This document shows, in pieces, positions 58,881 to 64,000 of a stretch of DNA of 64,000 nucleotides. Each line of letters begins with the position of its first letter. The stretch's first letter is position 1. Under the pieces are notes generated by a model. It worked only from the letters and a program-made list of their open reading frames with translations, ran no database searches and was not told the origin of the DNA. Source of the DNA: Candidatus Omnitrophica bacterium UBA6215 (GTDB taxonomy: Bacteria > Omnitrophota > Gorgyraeia > Pluralincolimonadales > Pluralincolimonadaceae); assembly GCA_002421665.1 (NCBI GenBank), contig DISH01000007.1:209278-273277 (forward strand), given 5' to 3'. Both the position numbers and the translations under genes were made by a program.

Positions 58881-59453
58881 TCAGAACGACCAGTTGACCA
58901 GCACCATGAATTCCATCGGTTTCTTGTTGCCGTTGTAGTTGGCAAGGCCGATCTGGAGGCCTTCGAGTGATTTTGTGGCATTAACGACACCGAACTGGAT
59001 GCCGTGCATCTCCCCTGCATAGTTAAAGAACCCGCCCTGAAAACCGCCGTAATAGTCCTTGCTGTAGTTCATTATGCCCCACTCTATGCCGCGCGACTCT
59101 CCCTGCGAGAAGTTCAGGCCTCCGAGCTGGATGCCGTGCATGAAACCAGTCGTCCAGTTCACGAAACCGAGCTGGATACCGCTAAGATCGCCTTCAGTCA
59201 CGTTCGCGGCGCCCCACTGCAGACCGATGGCGCGGTTCTTGACGTGGTTGATGAGGCCGATGTCTATGCCGCTGAAATTCTCGTTGGAACCGTAGAGCAG
59301 GTTAATGCCGGCACCCTTAACCGATTCGCTTTCAGGGACGATCTGGAGCGGGTTGACTATCGCGAGCTGGAAAGGTTTTTCTTCGGCACGGGCCGATGAC
59401 GATAACATCACCATCGCCGATAAAACGAACAATACCGCTATTTTCTTTGGCAT
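58881..59453 (-). CDS. Secreted protein built of ~9 tandem degenerate ~15-aa G(I/L)Q(L/I/F)G..N repeats, 190 aa
   Basis: Signal peptide, followed by GIDIGLINH / GLQWGAANV / GIQLGFVNW / GIQLGGLNF / GIEWGIMNY / GIQFGVVNA / GLQIGLANY units. Confidence 0.5.
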   Translation of the reverse strand: MPKKIAVLFVLSAMVMLSSSARAEEKPFQLAIVNPLQIVPESESVKGAGINLLYGSNENFSGIDIGLINHVKNRAIGLQWGAANVTEGDLSGIQLGFVNWTTGFMHGIQLGGLNFSQGESRGIEWGIMNYSKDYYGGFQGGFFNYAGEMHGIQFGVVNATKSLEGLQIGLANYNGNKKPMEFMVLVNWSF

Positions 59454-59464
59454 GTTTTTTCCTT

Positions 59465-59824
59465 TCAGCTGCCCTCACCCAGACAATGGATAGAAACCGC
59501 CTTGTCATTACCGTTATTGGCGCCCGGCAGATATTTTATTTCCACGCGCTCGTCTTTCTTGAGCTTCCACGCCCCTCTCATATCCCCGCCCGGGCACATA
59601 TCTTTTCCGGAGGCATCGGTGATCACCGTATCCTTTACGACACTGACTTTTACCTTTTCACCGCCGTCCGATGTAATTCCTATAATTGCAAAACGCAGGT
59701 TAGGGGGTTTAGGATAGCATTTGGTGACGGATTCGACTTTGCCGGTAAGGGTCTTTGCTTCATCAGCGAAACATAAGGACCCGGCAACCAAAAAGGCAAG
59801 CAGTAAAGGCAATACCTTCTTCAT
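59465..59824 (-). CDS. Secreted/lipoprotein-like hypothetical protein, 119 aa
   Basis: Signal peptide. Confidence 0.4.
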   Translation of the reverse strand: MKKVLPLLLAFLVAGSLCFADEAKTLTGKVESVTKCYPKPPNLRFAIIGITSDGGEKVKVSVVKDTVITDASGKDMCPGGDMRGAWKLKKDERVEIKYLPGANNGNDKAVSIHCLGEGS

Positions 59825-59840
59825 GTCTCTGCTCCTTTTA

Positions 59841-60254
59841 TTATTCGCCGTATATAGCGGCGATTATCAATCCCATAATTGGATATTCAACCAGACTCAG
59901 AATAGTCCAATATACAATGACAGCGGTAGCCACCGTCATAAAATAATAGGTCGCGAACATCCCCGGAAGCATGCCGACGGCCCAGACGCATAACCCGAAG
60001 ACAAACCCCTTGACCAATCTGTTCTTGCCGGGAATGCCTTTGCGGAACAAAGCGTATACAGCCGCAAGCACTATGTTGAGTATGAATCCGACTATGAGAT
60101 GGTCCACTCCGGGCGGGCCGTCCATCGGCTTCCAGACATTTGTCGGCTCGAGTTTGTATACCCAGTTAAACACGCCTCCGCAGGTGGCTGTGCCGAAAAT
60201 TACGCCGAAGATTGAGAGTGCTATTGCGGCGATAAGAATCTTACCTATTTTCAT
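59841..60254 (-). CDS. Small membrane protein (4 TM), 137 aa
   Basis: Hydrophobic helices. Confidence 0.4.
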   Translation of the reverse strand: MKIGKILIAAIALSIFGVIFGTATCGGVFNWVYKLEPTNVWKPMDGPPGVDHLIVGFILNIVLAAVYALFRKGIPGKNRLVKGFVFGLCVWAVGMLPGMFATYYFMTVATAVIVYWTILSLVEYPIMGLIIAAIYGE

Positions 60255-60288
60255 GATGGGCCTCCTTATTGGTGATCGCTTATCTGAG

Positions 60289-60777
60289 CTACCTCTTGAT
60301 CAATTCAGGATGCATCGCCATTAATAACACAACTATGCCTATCTGCACTACCACTAAAACTATTACGAGTAAAACCGAGATCAGGAGGAAAACGTTATCC
60401 TTTATATGTGGTTTTAAATCGTTCACTTTTGTCTTTGTAGCTTTATCCCCGATCCTTTTCCCCTCTTCTTTATCTCTTAGCATTATGACATATTCAACGA
60501 GAGGAAAAAACGGTATGATCATGAAAATGTTCCTGATTACGGTTTTTAATGGCTGTGCCGGAAGGTTGTTTTCATCTATGACCTGCGTACCCACTAAATA
60601 TTTACCAGCGCTTTGCCCGTTAAGGCAATCTTTAAAAAGAATATAGATCGCCCATATCATCCAGCTAAGATCTACGGCAAGTATAAGCGAAATAATGCCG
60701 CCGCTGACTTCGCCTATTACTGAATCGATAAAAAATGCGCATACCCTCTTGTTGGGTCCCGGCTTACTAAATTCCAT
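60289..60777 (-). CDS. RDD-family membrane protein
   Basis: FFIDSVI...GQSAGKYLVGTQVID RDD signature. Confidence 0.6.
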   Translation of the reverse strand: MEFSKPGPNKRVCAFFIDSVIGEVSGGIISLILAVDLSWMIWAIYILFKDCLNGQSAGKYLVGTQVIDENNLPAQPLKTVIRNIFMIIPFFPLVEYVIMLRDKEEGKRIGDKATKTKVNDLKPHIKDNVFLLISVLLVIVLVVVQIGIVVLLMAMHPELIKR

Positions 60778-60953
60778 CTGAACGCCTCCTTTTATATGAC
60801 AACCTTAACAAAACATCCGCCCGCTGTCAACTGTTCGCCGTATTTAGAATCTTACCTATCTGCTTTTTCAATTAAATAATCAAGTTTATTATTTACAATG
60901 TTTGCTTGCCCTTATATTTTTACTCGTTCGGCTCTTTAATGAGTTCTTGTTCG

Positions 60954-60989
60954 CAAATAAAATACCTCCCCCGTATACGGGTGAGGTAT
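60954..60989 (-). terminator. Near-perfect 28-nt palindrome + U-rich tract downstream of AKR gene (terminator and/or operator)
   Basis: atACCTCCCCCGTATACGGGTGAGGTat (60962-60989) has one mismatch. On the minus RNA it is followed by UUUUAUUU. Confidence 0.5.
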
Positions 60990-61106
60990 AGATGGCGACA
61001 AGCCGGTAATGAGTGGTTGTCATACCGTGAATCCTTATTTTTCGAAGTATTCCCCAAAAATCCGAACTTTTGTGTGACTGTTTATGTGGGGATGAATTAT
61101 TATAAA

Positions 61107-61982
61107 TTAACTCGACTTTCCCCCGTATACCGGAAACATGCTGGCCTCCCCATAATCCTTGATATGTTCCATATTTTTTAAAGATTGCATATCTTCTTCA
61201 GATATTTCAAAATTTACATCGGCATTGTTTTTCATGTGCGCCGGATTTGCCGTTTTAGGTAATGGCAAAAGACCAAGCTGAAGGCAATAGCGAATAGATA
61301 GTTGTGGCACTGAAACATCATATTTTTTAGCCGCTTCTATAACTTCTTGATTTTTCATCAATACTCCGTGCGCAAACGGTGAATAGGCCTCAACAAGAAT
61401 GCCTTTTTCCTGACAATATCGAATAAGATCTTTAGGTGTATTGCTTATATGCGCCAATATCTGATTGACCATTGGCTTAACAGTACATATTTCAAGGATA
61501 TTATCGATGTCCGCTTTTTCGAAATTCGAGAGGCCAATAGCACGAAGCTTTCCGCCCTTATAGGCTTCTTCAAGAGCTTTCCATGCTTCGCGGTTTCCAT
61601 CAAAATAATGATCATCTTCGTGAAATTTTGCCCATGGTTTAGGACTGTGAATGATCATCATATCAATATAATCCAATCCTAATCTTTTAAGTGAACCATC
61701 GATGGATGCAACAGCTTCTTTATATGACTTTACTTCTGCAGCGAGTTTGGTAGTCACAAACATATCTGTTCTCTTCACGCCACAGGCTCTAATACCGTTG
61801 CCGACTCCTTTTTCATTCTCATATGCCTGAGCTGTGTCAATATGACGATAACCGATCTTCGCAGAATCCTTCACGGCCTGCCCAGCATCTTTATCATTTA
61901 TAAACCATGTCCCAAGGCCCAACTTTGGGATTTCAATCCCATTGGATAAGATATATTTTTCTTCTAAGATCATAATTAACAC
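61107..61982 (-). CDS. Aldo/keto reductase (AKR), visibly lower GC than flanks
   Basis: LGTW...GYRHIDTAQAYENE...IIHSP motifs. Confidence 0.8.
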   Translation of the reverse strand: MLIMILEEKYILSNGIEIPKLGLGTWFINDKDAGQAVKDSAKIGYRHIDTAQAYENEKGVGNGIRACGVKRTDMFVTTKLAAEVKSYKEAVASIDGSLKRLGLDYIDMMIIHSPKPWAKFHEDDHYFDGNREAWKALEEAYKGGKLRAIGLSNFEKADIDNILEICTVKPMVNQILAHISNTPKDLIRYCQEKGILVEAYSPFAHGVLMKNQEVIEAAKKYDVSVPQLSIRYCLQLGLLPLPKTANPAHMKNNADVNFEISEEDMQSLKNMEHIKDYGEASMFPVYGGKSS

Positions 61983-62087
61983 CTCGTTATCTTCTTTTTA
62001 TTATTTAAACACAAAACCCCTGCCCTGCACCCATTAAACTGTGCCAGCATTTAAGCTACAATTATGCTAACAGAAAGGGGTGTTATA

Positions 62088-62216
62088 TGGCAAGGAAAAG
62101 ATTCACTCCGAAACAGATAGTCGTCATCCTGCGCGAGATAGAGGTCCTTCTCTCACAGGGCCAGGACTTGGGGCTTGCCTGCCGCGGCCAGGGTATCAGC
62201 ACCTGGAGCTATTAAA
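62088..62216 (+). mobile_element. IS3-family transposase OrfA remnant (N-terminal HTH, 42 codons then stop)
   Basis: MARKRFTPKQIVVILREIEVLLSQGQDLGLACRGQGISTWSY* is the canonical IS3 OrfA start, truncated. It lies between the low-GC AKR and tRNA-Asn. Confidence 0.55.
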
Positions 62217-62338
62217 CCAAAGTGGCCGAAAAACGCGGTTGTTCTGTCTTAAGAAGTGGTATAACTAATGAGTGCAGGCCAATTTTGAAGCTGATAGCCT
62301 CGAACTACGTCTTAAATGACGTAACCCTTTATCCCGCA

Positions 62339-62375
62339 TATAAAAAGCCCTTTTCGCTGTTCGCAAAAAGGGCTT
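62339..62375 (-). terminator. Rho-independent terminator downstream of tRNA-Asn
   Basis: AAGCCCTTTT (62345-62354), loop cgctgttcgc, AAAAGGGCTT (62366-62375). On the minus RNA the stem is followed by UUUUAUAU. Confidence 0.6.
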
Positions 62376-62386
62376 CTCTTCCAAAC

Positions 62387-62462
62387 TGGCTCCCCCGCCT
62401 GGGCTCGAACCAGGGACACGTGGATTAACAGTCCACTGCTCTACCGACTGAGCTACAGGGGA
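62387..62462 (-). tRNA. tRNA-Asn (anticodon GTT)
   Basis: Reverse complement folds as acceptor TCCCCTG/CGGGGGA, D-arm GCTCAGTCGGTAGAGC, anticodon arm GTGGA-CTGTTAA-TCCAC, T-arm CCTGG-TTCGAGC-CCAGG, and ends G-CCA. It closely resembles E. coli tRNA-Asn. Confidence 0.85.
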
Positions 62463-62523
62463 GCGATAAACTACCTAAAGAACAACATTACTTAACTTTC
62501 AATCCCGCTGAGGCGGGACGTCG

Positions 62524-63453
62524 CTACGCTTCTGCGCCGCAGCGCTTCAATAACGCGGCCCAATCATCGTCGACCTTCTTCTGGATCTGCTCTACCACAG
62601 CTGCGTTCTCCGGCCTCATCAGGTGGCGGAAACGCCCCTGGGCCTTGAGATAATCAGTTATCGGCTTCTTCGCTGCGGGCTTGTAGCTGAGTTTCCAGGT
62701 CAAACCATTCTCTACTTCAAACAGCGGCCAGAAGCAGGTATCCACCGCGAGCTTGGCGAGCTCTATCGTCTTCTCGGAGGAGTATCCCCACCCGAGGGGG
62801 CACGGCGAAAGTACGTTCATGAACGCCGGGCCTTCTACCGAAAGAGCCTTCTGCGACTTCGTTATGAGGTCGTTCCAGTGGCTCGGGGACGCCTGAGCGA
62901 CAAAGGGTATTCTATGCGCTACCGCTATCGCTGTCAAGTCTTTGGGATACTGCTTCTTGCCTATGGATTCCTTGCCTACCGGGGCCGTTGTCGTCTGCGA
63001 ACCGAGAGGTGTCGCACCCGAACGCTGGACGCCGGTGTTCATGTAAGCTTCGTTGTTATAGCACAGGTAAAGTATCCTCGGACCGCGCTCGAGCATGCCC
63101 GAGAGCGACTGCAGGCCGATGTCATACGTGCCACCGTCGCCGCCGAGGGCAACGAATCTTAGTTCGTCCTTGACCTTGCCGCGGCGCCTAAGCGACCTGT
63201 ACGCTGCTTCGACTCCCGAAACTGTCGCCGCGGAGTTCTCGAACGCGCAATGCACAAAGCTCGAGTTCCAGGCGGTAAACGGGTTCGGGGTCGTGGATAC
63301 CTCGAGGCATCCTGTGGCACTTCCGACCACAAGCGGTATCTCCTGCGAAAGGCCCATCTGCCTTATGATCATCGGGGAGGCGCAGCCCGCGCACATCCTG
63401 TGGCCGCCGGAGAGGAGTTCTTTTCTCTTGTTGAGCTCTTTTAAGTTTGCCAT
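62524..63453 (-). CDS. porB: 2-oxoacid:ferredoxin oxidoreductase beta subunit (TPP-binding; PorB/KorB-like)
   Basis: GCxGC...GGDGG TPP motif. Confidence 0.75.
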   Translation of the reverse strand: MANLKELNKRKELLSGGHRMCAGCASPMIIRQMGLSQEIPLVVGSATGCLEVSTTPNPFTAWNSSFVHCAFENSAATVSGVEAAYRSLRRRGKVKDELRFVALGGDGGTYDIGLQSLSGMLERGPRILYLCYNNEAYMNTGVQRSGATPLGSQTTTAPVGKESIGKKQYPKDLTAIAVAHRIPFVAQASPSHWNDLITKSQKALSVEGPAFMNVLSPCPLGWGYSSEKTIELAKLAVDTCFWPLFEVENGLTWKLSYKPAAKKPITDYLKAQGRFRHLMRPENAAVVEQIQKKVDDDWAALLKRCGAEA

Positions 63454-64000
63454 CAGTCCCTCACCCCCAGGTATGTCACAAGGTTTCTGACGGAGTCAGC
63501 CTTGCCGGTCTTGGCTATATCAGCCAAGTCACTGTATACCTTATTTATCTCGGCGAGGCCCATGTCGCGGCCGCCGAGTCCGTATATGTAATTTACTACC
63601 GGTGTATTCGACTTCTTGTAAAGCCCGCTCCTGACCTCATCGAAGATAGGCCCTCCGACGGCGTTCAAGGCATCCGCGCGGTCAAGGACAGCCACCGCCT
63701 TCTTGTCCTTAAGCGCGCTGGCTATCTCCTCTTCGGGGAACGGCCTGAATACGCGTATCTTCAGGATGCCCGCCTTGACGCCCTTCTCGCGAAGGTCATC
63801 GACAACGGCACGCGCGGTTCCAACCGTCGAGCCGAGAGCCACAATGACTATCTCGGCGTCCTCGAGCTTGTAGCCCTCGATGAATTTATACTCGCGGCCG
63901 CATATCTTGGAGAACTCCTTGGCCACGTCGGCTATCACCTTCTTCGAGCCGCTCATCGCGCCTGCCATCTGGCGCCTGTGCTCGAAGTAATAATCCGGAA
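63453..64000 (-). CDS. porA: 2-oxoacid:ferredoxin oxidoreductase alpha subunit, C-terminal part (gene continues beyond window end)
   Basis: Domain-II sequence of the alpha subunit. The frame stays open upstream to the window edge. Confidence 0.65.
   Translation of the reverse strand, partial: PDYYFEHRRQMAGAMSGSKKVIADVAKEFSKICGREYKFIEGYKLEDAEIVIVALGSTVGTARAVVDDLREKGVKAGILKIRVFRPFPEEEIASALKDKKAVAVLDRADALNAVGGPIFDEVRSGLYKKSNTPVVNYIYGLGGRDMGLAEINKVYSDLADIAKTGKADSVRNLVTYLGVRD

Noticed and set aside
1-64000. CRISPR arrays or other long tandem DNA repeats
   Set aside because: No spaced direct-repeat arrays were seen on reading through the sequence. The only repeat-like DNA is the (CCN)n tract at 29835-29890 and the short palindromes listed as terminators.

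Overview
This is a 64-kb bacterial chromosomal window. 64 of about 67 genes sit on the minus strand. The core gene set (2-oxoacid:ferredoxin oxidoreductase, rubrerythrin, iron-sulfur flavoprotein, minimal SufCB, GH130, GH3, LemA/DUF2207, YhaM, YchF) suggests an anaerobic, probably poorly characterised lineage. Core GC looks by eye to be about 55-60%; nothing was computed.

The left 12.6 kb is a type I R-M locus in the order hsdR ... hsdS ... hsdM on the minus strand, with hsdM running off the window start. It is split by about 9 kb of visibly AT-rich DNA (roughly 760-9850) carrying three compact, translationally coupled cassettes:
(A) a MORC-like GHKL ATPase, two unknown proteins and a Dam-family (alpha-class) N6-adenine methyltransferase, between hsdR and hsdS;
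(B) an unknown 279-aa protein plus a 2-TM 210-aa protein, between hsdS and hsdM;
(C) a HEPN (Abi_C/TIGR02391-like) protein plus a SIR2_2-family protein, also between hsdS and hsdM.
These are the best candidates for undescribed defence modules.

Immediately upstream and co-directional, with gaps of 2-84 bp or overlaps, are: a DUF4143 AAA+ ATPase, RadC/JAB, a YacP-like NYN protein, two paralogous membrane proteins, a UvrD helicase fused to a Cas4-like Fe-S nuclease, two small overlapping ORFs, and a minimal GT2-synthase + TPR/beta-barrel exopolysaccharide module.

The remainder is mostly housekeeping, transport and envelope genes. Notable points there:
- a sensor histidine kinase split by a frameshift at an A7 run;
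- an ExeA-like ATPase fragment;
- an ECF sigma/anti-sigma pair;
- a tRNA-Asn(GTT) flanked by an IS3-family OrfA remnant and a low-GC aldo/keto reductase (a small integration islet);
- four rho-independent terminator-like hairpins.

No CRISPR array, integrase or phage structural genes were seen.
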